Shown here: positions 27,298 through 36,545 of the stretch, piece by piece
How positions within the stretch are numbered: the first letter of the stretch is position 1
How the letters are laid out: the number at the start of each line of letters is the position of its first letter
DNA from: Gemmatimonadota bacterium
Lineage (GTDB): Bacteria > Gemmatimonadota > Gemmatimonadetes > Gemmatimonadales > GWC2-71-9
Reading direction: 5' to 3'
Assembly: GCA_039588295.1 (NCBI GenBank)
Contig: JBDHAB010000022.1
Coordinates: forward strand, 1-45,101
Length of the DNA stretch: 45,101 bases
Notes under the pieces: model-generated
What the model was told of the DNA's origin: nothing
What the model saw: the letters and a program-made list of their open reading frames with translations, nothing else
Databases searched by the model: none
Program-made: the position numbers and the translations under genes

Positions 27298-27651
27298 ATG
27301 CCGAGAGTTCGGAGCAACGTCGCCCACCTGAAGCGGAAGAAGAAGATCATGCGCGCGGCGAAGGGCGCGCGCGGTGGGCGCAGCAAACTATACAAGTCCG
27401 CGAAGGAGAACGTGGAACGGGGGCTGCGGTATGCCTATCGTGACCGCCGACTCCGCAAGCGCGACTTTCGACGACTCTGGATCGTGCGGATCAACGCGGC
27501 GGCGCGGCAGCACGACCTGAGCTACAACCGATTCATGTCCGGCCTCAAGAAGGCGGGTGTCGAGATCAATCGGAAGGTGCTGGCCGACCTCGCTGTTCGG
27601 GATCCGGCTGCCTTCGGCGAGTTGGCGGAGGTGGCGAAGCGGAGTCTCTGA
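27298..27651 (+). CDS. rplT: 50S ribosomal protein L20
   Basis: [36 protein letters not shown]. Confidence 0.98.
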   Translation: MPRVRSNVAHLKRKKKIMRAAKGARGGRSKLYKSAKENVERGLRYAYRDRRLRKRDFRRLWIVRINAAARQHDLSYNRFMSGLKKAGVEINRKVLADLAVRDPAAFGELAEVAKRSL

Positions 27652-27666
27652 CGGCTCGCGACGCCG

Positions 27667-28695
27667 ATGTCGAATTCCACACGCCACCAGGATGAGCTCG
27701 ACGTAATCGCACAGGCGGTGGAGCGTGTTGCCGCCGCAGATGCGGGAACGCTCGCCGAGATGCGAACCGAGTTCCTTGGCCGCAAGGCGGGGAAGCTCAC
27801 CCAGATTCTCAGATCGCTCGGATCGCTTGCCCCCGAAGAGCGCCGCGCCATCGGTGCGCAGGCCAACCAGGTCAAGCAGCAGCTCGAAGCGGCAATCGCC
27901 AGTCGCGAGCGGGCTCTCGAGACCGGCGCGCGGCGCCCGGTCGATGTCGATCGCACGATGCCGGGGCGCCATGTGTGGCGCGGCGCGATGCACCCCGTGG
28001 TGTCGGTCATCGACGAGATCTGTGAGATCTTCGGTGAACTCGGCTTCACCCGGGTCATCGGTCCCGAGGCCGAGCTCGAGGAATACAACTTCACCAAGCT
28101 GAACATGCCGCTCGATCACCCGGCGGCTGACGAACACGACACCTTCTATTTGGGGCGGGGCGTTCTGCTGCGCACCCACACCTCGCCGATGCAGGCGCGG
28201 ATCATGGAGCAATATCAGCCGCCGATCCGTATTCTCGTGCCCGGTCGTGCGTACCGTCGGGACGCGTTCGATCCGTCCCACTCGCCCGTGTTCGAGCAGA
28301 TCGAGGGTCTGGTGGTCGATGAGGGTGTGAGCTTCGTCGACTTCAAGGCCAGCATCGACTTCTTTGTGAAGCGATTCTTCTCATCCGATACGACCGTGCG
28401 GTTCCGGCCCTCGTTCTTCCCGTTCACCGAACCGTCGGCTGAGGTCGATGTGCAATGTCAGATGTGCAAAGGGTCCGGCTGTGCGACGTGTAAGCAGACC
28501 GGGTACCTGGAGATCATGGGCGCCGGGATGGTGCACCCCGCCGTCTTTGAGAATTGCGGTATCGACTCGGAGCGCTACACCGGCTACGCCTTCGGCATGG
28601 GCCCCGACCGCATCGCGATGCTGCGGCACGGCATCCCGGACATCCGGTTGTTGTTCGAGAACGACATGCGGTTCCTTTCGCAGTTCGCGGAGTAG
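27667..28695 (+). CDS. pheS: Phenylalanine--tRNA ligase alpha subunit
   Basis: LLRTHTSP, FEQIEGL, RFRPSFFPFTEPS, GYAFGMG. Confidence 0.98.
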   Translation: MSNSTRHQDELDVIAQAVERVAAADAGTLAEMRTEFLGRKAGKLTQILRSLGSLAPEERRAIGAQANQVKQQLEAAIASRERALETGARRPVDVDRTMPGRHVWRGAMHPVVSVIDEICEIFGELGFTRVIGPEAELEEYNFTKLNMPLDHPAADEHDTFYLGRGVLLRTHTSPMQARIMEQYQPPIRILVPGRAYRRDAFDPSHSPVFEQIEGLVVDEGVSFVDFKASIDFFVKRFFSSDTTVRFRPSFFPFTEPSAEVDVQCQMCKGSGCATCKQTGYLEIMGAGMVHPAVFENCGIDSERYTGYAFGMGPDRIAMLRHGIPDIRLLFENDMRFLSQFAE

Positions 28696-28698
28696 CTC

Positions 28699-31053
28699 GT
28701 GAACGTCTCCGTCAACTGGCTCTCGGCAATGCTGGGCCGCACCCTGGACCCCGAGGATGCGGCAGCACGCCTGACGGGTCTCGGCGCCACCGTGGAGGCC
28801 GTTGAGCACATGCACGCGGAGCTTGGCGATGTGGTGATTGGGATCGTCGAGCGGGTCGAGCGGCACCCGAATGCCGATCGCTTGTCGTTGTGCCGCGTCA
28901 ACGCGGGGAATGGGACGGTCGAGGTGGTCTGCGGTGCGCCCAATGTCCGGGCGGGCGCGAAGTACCCCTATGCTCCTGCGGGCGCCGTGTTGCCCGGGGG
29001 GTTCAAGCTCTCCGCACGGAAGATTCGCGGCGTGACGTCGAACGGTATGCTGTGTTCGGCACGAGAGCTCGGACTGGGGACCGAGCACGAAGGGATCCTG
29101 GAGGTGCAGACCGATGCCGCGCCGGGCACGCCGTTCGTGCAAGCCATGCCGGTGGCCGATGTGTGCTTCGACGTCGAGGTCACGGCAAATCGTCCGGATC
29201 TGCTATGCCATAAGGGCGTGGCCCGAGAGCTCGCGGCCGTCTATGGGCTGCCGGTCAAGTTGCCGGCGATTCCCAACGCTCCCACCGGTGTCGGTGCGCC
29301 GCGCCGAGTGGAGGGGCAGGGTGCCGTTGATGGTGTGGAGGTCGTGATCGAGGACGTCGAAGGGTGCCCCCGGTACATGGCGGCGCTGATTCGCGGCGTC
29401 GAGATCGGTCCGTCCCCGGTGTGGTTGGAGGCGCGGCTGCGCAGTATCGGGGCTCGGCCGATCAACAACGTGGTTGACGCCACCAACTACGTCCTGTACG
29501 AGCTCAACCAGCCGATGCACGCCTTCGATGTCGCCAAGGTGCGCGGTGGGAAGATCATCGTGCGGCGGGCCATCGCGGGCGAGCGACTCACAACGCTGGA
29601 CGGTGAGAAGCGCGAGCTCACGCCCGACATGACCATGATCTGCGACGCGAAAGGCGTAACGGCGATCGCCGGTGTGATGGGCGGTGCCGACTCCGAGGTC
29701 ACCAGCGAGACGACCGACGTCCTGCTCGAATGCGCGTATTTCGACCCGCGCAGTATCCGCCGGACCCGTCAGGCGCTCAAGATGACCACCGAGGCCTCCT
29801 ACCGGTTCGAGCGAGGCATCGACCTGGAAGGAATGGCCGAGGCGATTCGCCGGGCCGTGACGCTGATCCGCGCCATCGCGGGCGGTGAAGAACCGGAACC
29901 GGCGATCGACGTCTACCCGAAACTCCGGAAGGCCCGGAGTGTGTTCCTGCGGCCCGAACGCGTCGAGCACGTGCTCGGGATGCCGATGTCCCGTGACGAG
30001 ATCGAGGGGCTGCTCGTGAAGCTCGGGTTTCCGGTCGCACCGAAGGACGACCGCCTGCACGTGCAGGTGCCGGGATGGCGGCCCGACGTGACCCGAGAGA
30101 TCGACTTGATCGAGGAGTTGGCTCGGCTGAAGGGCTATGATTCCTTCCCCGTCGAGCTGCGACCGCTCAGGCCAAGCGTCGTGCCGAACGATCCGGTCGA
30201 GCCGGTCAAGGCCAGGGTGCGCCGGGTGCTCACCGGCTGGGGGCTCAACGAAGCTCGCTCGCTCTCGCTCACCTCAGCGGCCGGCTCGGACGCCGTCCGG
30301 GTGCTCAACCCGCTGTCCGCGGAGGACGCCTACCTGCGTCGCGACCTGCTCAGCGGACTGGTCCGATCGGTCGAGCGCAACTGGGCCGTGCGCGAGCGCG
30401 ACGTCCGGCTGTTCGAGCTCGGAACCGTGTTCCGCGCCTCGGGGGCCCCGCTTCCGGAGGAAACGCACCGGCTCGCGGCGGTGATCTCGGGAGCCCGACT
30501 CCCGCCGCACTGGGGGGGCGCCGGGAAGACGATCGACTACGATCTGTGGGATCTCAAGGGCCTGTTTGTCGAGGCCGTGCGGCTCGTTGGGGGCGAAGGC
30601 GAGATCGTGTCCAGCGACGAGGGCTGGGAGTTCCGAGATCCGTCCGGCCGGTTGACCGGGCATGCCGGGCCGGTGGATGCCGACCGGCCGGCGTGGGCGG
30701 CACCGCTGTATGGGTTGGAGTTGGATCTCGTGTTGCCGGAGCGGCGTTTCGTGTGGTACGGGTCCCTGCCGACCACGCCACCGGTGGAGCGAGACGTGGC
30801 GCTGGTCCTGCCGGCGGAGGTCAGCGCCGCCCAGGTGGAGTCGGTCGTGCGCGACGCAGGAGGCGCGCTGCTTGCCGAAGTGCGCGCATTTGACGAGTAT
30901 CGAGCAGAGGGAATGGCCGGTCGGAGCGTGGCGTGGCGGCTGGTGTTCCGTGCGCCCGACCGGACCCTGCGGGACCAAGAAGCCGATGAGGCCCTGTCGA
31001 GGGTACTCGCGGCGGTGAAGGAGCGCCTGGGTGTCGAGCGAAGGCAGGCCTGA
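28699..31053 (+). CDS. pheT: Phenylalanine--tRNA ligase beta subunit
   Basis: HPNADRL, VVCGAPNV, SNGMLCS, NRPDLL, INNVVDATNY, ASYRFERG, FDX-ACB domain. Confidence 0.97.
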   Translation: MNVSVNWLSAMLGRTLDPEDAAARLTGLGATVEAVEHMHAELGDVVIGIVERVERHPNADRLSLCRVNAGNGTVEVVCGAPNVRAGAKYPYAPAGAVLPGGFKLSARKIRGVTSNGMLCSARELGLGTEHEGILEVQTDAAPGTPFVQAMPVADVCFDVEVTANRPDLLCHKGVARELAAVYGLPVKLPAIPNAPTGVGAPRRVEGQGAVDGVEVVIEDVEGCPRYMAALIRGVEIGPSPVWLEARLRSIGARPINNVVDATNYVLYELNQPMHAFDVAKVRGGKIIVRRAIAGERLTTLDGEKRELTPDMTMICDAKGVTAIAGVMGGADSEVTSETTDVLLECAYFDPRSIRRTRQALKMTTEASYRFERGIDLEGMAEAIRRAVTLIRAIAGGEEPEPAIDVYPKLRKARSVFLRPERVEHVLGMPMSRDEIEGLLVKLGFPVAPKDDRLHVQVPGWRPDVTREIDLIEELARLKGYDSFPVELRPLRPSVVPNDPVEPVKARVRRVLTGWGLNEARSLSLTSAAGSDAVRVLNPLSAEDAYLRRDLLSGLVRSVERNWAVRERDVRLFELGTVFRASGAPLPEETHRLAAVISGARLPPHWGGAGKTIDYDLWDLKGLFVEAVRLVGGEGEIVSSDEGWEFRDPSGRLTGHAGPVDADRPAWAAPLYGLELDLVLPERRFVWYGSLPTTPPVERDVALVLPAEVSAAQVESVVRDAGGALLAEVRAFDEYRAEGMAGRSVAWRLVFRAPDRTLRDQEADEALSRVLAAVKERLGVERRQA

Positions 31054-31327
31054 GTTTCAAGCGCTGGACGAGCTGCGAGTGGTCTTGACGTCCCTCAAGG
31101 GCGAGCTCGCATCGTGGCGCCGCCGCGCGCTCACGGCGGAAGCCGACCAAACGCAGCTCGGGTTGGGCCAGGACGTGGTGGCGAACCGGGAACGGGTCGT
31201 CTCCCTCGAAGCGGAAAACCTGGAGTTGCGGCAGCGACTGGACGCCGCACGCGATCGGCTGGCCGAACTGATCTCGCGGCTGCGGTTTCTCGAAGAACAG
31301 GTCGCGATGGAGGAACAGGGCCAATGA
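31031..31327 (+). CDS. Short coiled-coil protein, ZapB-like
   Basis: Continuous heptad pattern (LEAENLELRQRLDAARDRLAELISRL) in pheT-X-zapA synteny. Confidence 0.7.
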   Translation: MSSEGRPEFQALDELRVVLTSLKGELASWRRRALTAEADQTQLGLGQDVVANRERVVSLEAENLELRQRLDAARDRLAELISRLRFLEEQVAMEEQGQ

Positions 31328-31659
31328 CTGAGAAGAAGACCGTGGTCAAAGTCTCCATCGGTGGCGAGGAATACACGCTCAAATCCGACCGACCCGAGGA
31401 GTACGCTCGCTCGGTTGCCGAGCACGTGGACCGAACCCTGAAGGATGTGCTGGCGGCGGGTACCATGGTGGAAACGCACAAGGCGGCCATTCTCGCCGCC
31501 CTGGCGATCACCGACGAGTTGTACCAGTCCCGGCGATCGCAGCGCGAGATGGCCGACCGACTGCGGGCACTGGCCACAGAGCTCTCCCGCCTCCTTCCTC
31601 CTGCCAAACGGCGTTCCAAAGCCAGCGGATCGTTTGCCTCGACGCCAGAAGCCACGTAG
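31324..31659 (+). CDS. zapA: Cell division protein ZapA
   Basis: VKVSIGGEEYTL, VAEHVD, KAAILAALAITDEL. ATGA overlap with the upstream gene. Confidence 0.9.
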   Translation: MTEKKTVVKVSIGGEEYTLKSDRPEEYARSVAEHVDRTLKDVLAAGTMVETHKAAILAALAITDELYQSRRSQREMADRLRALATELSRLLPPAKRRSKASGSFASTPEAT

Positions 31660-31759
31660 ATTCGGCACACGTCACGTATTCGTGACGGTGCGGTAGGAAT
31701 GCAGTAATAATGCGGCCGGCGCCGATCGTGGGCGTGAGCGGCCGCTGGAGCATATAGAC

Positions 31760-33343
31760 ATGCAAGCCGACCAGCTCGTGCTCTTTGTGGCAACCGTCCT
31801 CGTGGTGGCAGCAGTCGCCGGGACGGTTTCGTATTTCATGGGGCGACGGGCGGAGCGCCGCGAGGCGGAGGCGCTGGGCCGCGCTGCCCAGCAGCAGGCT
31901 GATCGCCTCCTCCAGCAGTCGCGGCGCGATGCCGACGCGGCCAAAACCGAAGCGCTTCTGGAAGCAAAGAGTGAGATCCTGCAGCTCCGCGAGGATTGGG
32001 AGCGTGAAGCCAAGGAGCGCCGCGACGAGATGGACCGCCACCAGCAGCGGCTCGAGGAGCGCGAGACGCTCATCGACCGCAAGCTGAATGCGCTGGATGA
32101 CCAGGCAAAGGATCTGGAGAAGCGCCAGCGCGGGGTGGAGAAACGCGAGCGCCAGGCGGAGGAGCGGGATACGGAACTGGAGCGGCTCACGGTCGAGCGA
32201 CGCCACCGGCTGGAGGAGCTCTCCGGGATGACGGCCGCTGAGGCACAGAAGCAGCTCGTCGAAGAAATCACCGAGACCGCGAAGAGTGAGGCTGCGGCGA
32301 CGGTGCGCGATCTTCGCGAGGACGCGAAGCGGACAGCGGATCGTGAGGCGAAGAAGATCATCGCTCTGGCGGTTCAGCGGCTGGCACCCGAGCACACGAC
32401 CGAGACGACGGTCTCAGCCGTCCCGCTCCCGAACGACGAGATGAAAGGCCGAATCATCGGCCGTGAGGGACGCAACATTCGCGCGTTCGAGACCGCGAGC
32501 GGTGTGGACGTGATCATCGACGATACCCCCGACACAGTGGTCGTGTCGTGTTTCGATCCGGTGCGGCGCGAGGTGGCGCGGCGGGCGCTCGAGGTGCTCA
32601 TCGCGGACGGCAGGATTCACCCGGGACGCATCGAAGAGGTCGTCAGCAAAGTGAAGAGCGAGCTCGAGAAGGAGATCGTCGAGGCCGGAGAGGAAGCGGT
32701 GTACGAGCTCGGGGTTCGCGGTCTGCACGCGGAGTTGGTCAAGCTCGTGGGACGCATGAAGTATCGCACGTCGTACGGGCAGAACATGCTGGCGCACTCC
32801 AAGGAGGTCGCGTGGCTGGCCGGCATCCTGGCGGCGGAACTCAAGCTGGACGTCCACCTGGCCAAGCGCGGCGCACTGCTGCACGACATCGGGAAGGTGC
32901 TCACGCACCAACACGAGGGCACGCACGTCCAGCTGGGTGTCGAAATGGCAAAGCGGTACAACGAGCACCCGGTTGTCGTGAACGCCATCGCCGCGCACCA
33001 CGACGACGTGCCGCACGAGACGCCCATCTCCGTCATCGTGCAAGCGGCGGATGCGGCGAGTGGAGCGCGGCCGGGCGCGCGGCGGGAGGCATTCGAGACC
33101 TACGTCAAGCGGTTGAGCGCGCTGGAAGAGATTGCGGCGAGCTTCCGCGGCGTCGAGAAGGCCTTTGCCATCCAGGCGGGCCGAGAGGTCCGCATTGCGG
33201 TGCTGCCGGATCAGGTTTCCGACAGTACGGCCGCCGAGCTCTCCGAGGAGATCGCTCGTCGGGTGGAGAACGAGCTGCAGTATCCCGGACAAATCAAGAT
33301 TGTCGTCATCCGAGAAACGAGGGCTATCGACTTTGCCCGCTAA
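31760..33343 (+). CDS. rny: Ribonuclease Y
   Basis: N-terminal TM helix, coiled coil, KH (MKGRIIGREGRNIR), HD (LLHDIGK), ARPGARRE. Confidence 0.97.
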   Translation: MQADQLVLFVATVLVVAAVAGTVSYFMGRRAERREAEALGRAAQQQADRLLQQSRRDADAAKTEALLEAKSEILQLREDWEREAKERRDEMDRHQQRLEERETLIDRKLNALDDQAKDLEKRQRGVEKRERQAEERDTELERLTVERRHRLEELSGMTAAEAQKQLVEEITETAKSEAAATVRDLREDAKRTADREAKKIIALAVQRLAPEHTTETTVSAVPLPNDEMKGRIIGREGRNIRAFETASGVDVIIDDTPDTVVVSCFDPVRREVARRALEVLIADGRIHPGRIEEVVSKVKSELEKEIVEAGEEAVYELGVRGLHAELVKLVGRMKYRTSYGQNMLAHSKEVAWLAGILAAELKLDVHLAKRGALLHDIGKVLTHQHEGTHVQLGVEMAKRYNEHPVVVNAIAAHHDDVPHETPISVIVQAADAASGARPGARREAFETYVKRLSALEEIAASFRGVEKAFAIQAGREVRIAVLPDQVSDSTAAELSEEIARRVENELQYPGQIKIVVIRETRAIDFAR

Positions 33344-34217
33344 GATCATCAGTGGAAAGGCAATCGCCGAGACGATGCGCGCCGAGCTGGCGACGCGGGT
33401 CGAGGAGCTGAAGGCCAAGGGTGTTACCCCGGGGCTCACGGTGGTCCTGGTGGGTGAGGACCCCGCGAGTCAGGTCTATGTGCGGATGAAGGGCAAGGCC
33501 TGCGAGCAGCTGGGGATGAAAAGCGAGACTATCAGGATGCCTGCCGAGACGCCCGAGGAGGAACTGCTCGGCGTGGTCGAGCGCCTCAATGCGGACGACA
33601 CGGTCCACGGGATCTTGGTACAGCTCCCGCTGCCGGATCAGATCAACGAGCGTCGCGTCCTGCTGACGATCCGCCCCGACAAGGATGTCGACGGCTTCCA
33701 CCCAGTGAATGTCGGCAAGGTATCGGTCGGCGATCCGTCGGGATTTCCCCCTTGCACGCCATTCGGCGTGCAGCAGATGTTGGTGCGCAGCGGCGTCGAG
33801 ATTTCCGGCGCACACGCGGTAATCGTCGGCCGCTCCAACATCGTCGGGCGGCCCATGGCGTCGTTGCTGCTTCACAAGGGCGAGGGTGGCAACGCCACGG
33901 TGACGGTATGTCACTCCCGCACCAAGAACCTGCCCGAGGTCACCCGTCAGGCCGACATTCTGATTGCCGCCATCGGCAGTCCCGAGTTCGTGAAGGGGGA
34001 CTGGGTGAAACCTGGCGCGGTGGTGGTCGATGTCGGCGTCAACCGGGTCGACGACCCGACGAGCGAGAAGGGGTATCGTCTCGTCGGCGACGTCGAGTTT
34101 GACGCCGCCAAAGAAGTCGCGTCCGCCATCACGCCGGTACCGGGTGGTGTGGGCCCGATGACGATTACCATGCTGCTGTACAACACCGTCCAGGCCGCGC
34201 GCGAGTGGGTGGACTAG
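33333..34217 (+). CDS. folD: Bifunctional methylenetetrahydrofolate dehydrogenase/cyclohydrolase
   Basis: ASQVYVRMK, GILVQLPLP, KDVDGFHP, PCTP, GRSNIVGRP, TPVPGGVGPMT. TTG start overlaps the rny end. Confidence 0.96.
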   Translation: MPAKIISGKAIAETMRAELATRVEELKAKGVTPGLTVVLVGEDPASQVYVRMKGKACEQLGMKSETIRMPAETPEEELLGVVERLNADDTVHGILVQLPLPDQINERRVLLTIRPDKDVDGFHPVNVGKVSVGDPSGFPPCTPFGVQQMLVRSGVEISGAHAVIVGRSNIVGRPMASLLLHKGEGGNATVTVCHSRTKNLPEVTRQADILIAAIGSPEFVKGDWVKPGAVVVDVGVNRVDDPTSEKGYRLVGDVEFDAAKEVASAITPVPGGVGPMTITMLLYNTVQAAREWVD

Positions 34218-35374
34218 ACCTCTTCGAATCGGTCACACCTGCGTCTCCGGAGGGCGCGTGGCGCGTGGCGGAGGTGACGCGGCGTGCCCGCCAATTGGTC
34301 GAGGCAGGCCTCCGTCGCATCTGGGTGCGCGGCGAGGTCGCGAGCCTCAAGACCTACCGGAGCGGTCACTGGTACTTCACGCTGCGCGACGCGCAGGCAC
34401 GGGTGAAATGCGTCATGTGGCGCAGCGATAACGAGCAGCTTCCCGCGCCACCAGACGAGGGCATGGAGATCTTCGTGGAAGCCCAGCCCACGGTGTGGGA
34501 GGAGCGGGGCGAATTCCGGTTGACGATCCGGCGGCTCATCCCCACGGCGGTCGGCGGCCTCTGGCAGCTGCAGCTGGAGCGCGCCAAAGCGGCGCTGGAG
34601 CGTGACGGTCTGCTCGACCCGTCGCGCAAGCGGCCGTTACCGCCGTTCCCGCGTCGCATCGCCGTCGTGACCAGTGCCGATGGCGCGGCGCTGCGAGACA
34701 TCGTATCCGTGTTCGGGCGCCGCTGGCCGGCGTTGGAGGTCTGGGTGGTCCCGGCTCGTGTCCAAGGGGACGGTGCGGAAGACGAGCTGTGCGCAGCGCT
34801 CGAGCGCGTCAACCGACTCGAGGGTGTGGACCTCGCCATCGTCGGGAGGGGTGGGGGCTCACGGGAGGATCTCTGGGCGTTCAACAGCGAACGCGTCGCA
34901 CGGGCCGTTGCGGCCGTCGGCGTCCCCACGATATCCGCGGTGGGACACGAGACCGATGTCGCGCTGACGGACTTGGTCGCCGACGTACGGGCGCCGACGC
35001 CGTCGGCGGCTGCGGAGGCCGCCGTGCCCGAACGGGCTGCCGTGCGGAAGACCGTCGATGTCCTTGCGCGGCGGTTGGCTCGGAGCCTCACCAATCAGTT
35101 GGAGCTCGCGCACCAGTGGGTCGCTCGCACGACCGATCGTCTGACGTCGAGCGCGCAACGACAGGTCGAACGGCACGTCACCAGCCTCGAGCACCTCGCG
35201 GCCAAGCTCGAGGCGTTGAGCCCGCTGCAGGTGCTCGCGCGCGGCTATGCCGTCGCGCGAGACCAGGCCGGTGCAGTGCTCAAACGCGTGGCGGATTTCG
35301 CTCCCGGGCTCGAATTCCGCCTCAGTCTTTCTGACGGCGATGTGCGGGCCAAGACGCTGGAGGATGGCGGGTGA
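34205..35374 (+). CDS. xseA: Exodeoxyribonuclease VII large subunit
   Basis: WVRGEV, SGHWYFTLRD, GRGGGSREDLWAFN, SAVGHETD, RAPTPSAAAE. Confidence 0.95.
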   Translation: MGGLDLFESVTPASPEGAWRVAEVTRRARQLVEAGLRRIWVRGEVASLKTYRSGHWYFTLRDAQARVKCVMWRSDNEQLPAPPDEGMEIFVEAQPTVWEERGEFRLTIRRLIPTAVGGLWQLQLERAKAALERDGLLDPSRKRPLPPFPRRIAVVTSADGAALRDIVSVFGRRWPALEVWVVPARVQGDGAEDELCAALERVNRLEGVDLAIVGRGGGSREDLWAFNSERVARAVAAVGVPTISAVGHETDVALTDLVADVRAPTPSAAAEAAVPERAAVRKTVDVLARRLARSLTNQLELAHQWVARTTDRLTSSAQRQVERHVTSLEHLAAKLEALSPLQVLARGYAVARDQAGAVLKRVADFAPGLEFRLSLSDGDVRAKTLEDGG

Positions 35375-35598
35375 GTGCTGAGCAGTCTTCGTTCCGGGAG
35401 GAGGTGGAGCATCTCGAGGCCATCGTACGCAGGCTCGAGGAGACCGACCTCGATCTCGACGAGGCGCTGCGGCTATTCGAAGACGGCGTGCGGCGGCTCA
35501 GCGCAGCGCGGCGACTCCTCGAGACCAAGCAACTGACCGTGAAGCGCGTGCTGGAGGAGGCCGACGGTACCATCCGGACCAGTGATCTCGAGCGCTGA
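35371..35598 (+). CDS. xseB: Exodeoxyribonuclease VII small subunit
   Basis: SFREEVEHLEAIVRRLE...LDEALRLFEDGVR, between xseA and ispA. Confidence 0.93.
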   Translation: MSAEQSSFREEVEHLEAIVRRLEETDLDLDEALRLFEDGVRRLSAARRLLETKQLTVKRVLEEADGTIRTSDLER

Positions 35599-36484
35599 GC
35601 TCACGGCCTTTCTCGCGCAGGCGCGAGAGGCGGTGAACATCGAAATCGAGCGGTGGTGCGCTCGAGTCGAGCAGGAACTCGACGAGCGCGTGGGCGCGGC
35701 GATCGCCTACAGCCTCCGCTCTCCCGGGAAGCGGTTTCGACCTGCTCTGACGCTGGCAGCATACCGCGAGCTGGGTGGGGCGGGAGATGCGACGACCATC
35801 GCGACCGCCGTGGAAGTCGTGCACACGTACTCACTGGTCCACGACGATCTCCCCTGTATGGATGACGACGCCCTGCGGCGCGGCCGTCCCACGACGCATT
35901 GCCAGTTCGACGTCGAGACGGCCACCGAGGCCGGGTTCCGCATGGTGCCCCTCTCCGCGCGTGTCCTTGCGGCGGGAGCGGCGGGGCTTGGGCTGGGCGG
36001 CCGGATACTTTCATCGATGGCGCGTGAACTCTATCAGGCGTGCGGGGCCGCCGGCATGGTTGGCGGACAGGTGCTCGACCTCGCGGCCGAGGGTCAACAC
36101 ATCGACCTGGACGCACTGATCGAGATTCATCGAGCCAAGACGGGGGCGCTCATCGCGGCCAGCGCGGTGCTGGGTGCGATGGCGGCGGGCGCCAACGACC
36201 ACCTGGTCGAGTGTCTGCGACGGTACGGCTTCGAGGTCGGCCTGGCGTTTCAAATCGTTGATGACGTGCTGGATGAGACTGGCACGTCGTCGGAGCTGGG
36301 GAAGACCGCGGGCAAAGACGCCGCGCAACGGAAGCAGACCTTCGTGTCGCTCATGGGGGTGGACCGGGCGCTCCGTGTGGCCCGGGAGCATGCCGAGCGG
36401 GCCGTAGACCAGCTCGGGGCCCAGGGACTAGATTCCACGCTGCTGCGTGGATTGGCATCGTTCATCGTAGAACGGCGTTCCTAA
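35582..36484 (+). CDS. ispA: Polyprenyl (farnesyl/geranylgeranyl) diphosphate synthase
   Basis: GKRFRP, HTYSLVHDDLPCMDDD..RRG, KTGALI, AFQIVDDVLD, LGKTAGKD. Confidence 0.92.
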   Translation: MISSAELTAFLAQAREAVNIEIERWCARVEQELDERVGAAIAYSLRSPGKRFRPALTLAAYRELGGAGDATTIATAVEVVHTYSLVHDDLPCMDDDALRRGRPTTHCQFDVETATEAGFRMVPLSARVLAAGAAGLGLGGRILSSMARELYQACGAAGMVGGQVLDLAAEGQHIDLDALIEIHRAKTGALIAASAVLGAMAAGANDHLVECLRRYGFEVGLAFQIVDDVLDETGTSSELGKTAGKDAAQRKQTFVSLMGVDRALRVAREHAERAVDQLGAQGLDSTLLRGLASFIVERRS

Positions 36485-36545
36485 CACACTCGCTGACGTG
36501 AAAAAGACCGAATACCACCCATCCCTGACCTTCGCGCCCTGAACC

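Noticed and set aside
26434..27327. Minus-strand ORFs with (LxPY)n-like repeats
   Set aside because: Antisense translation of the heptamer array overlapping infC and rpmI.
28450..28500. CxxCxxxxCxxC in PheS
   Set aside because: Known zinc-binding insert in many bacterial PheS proteins.
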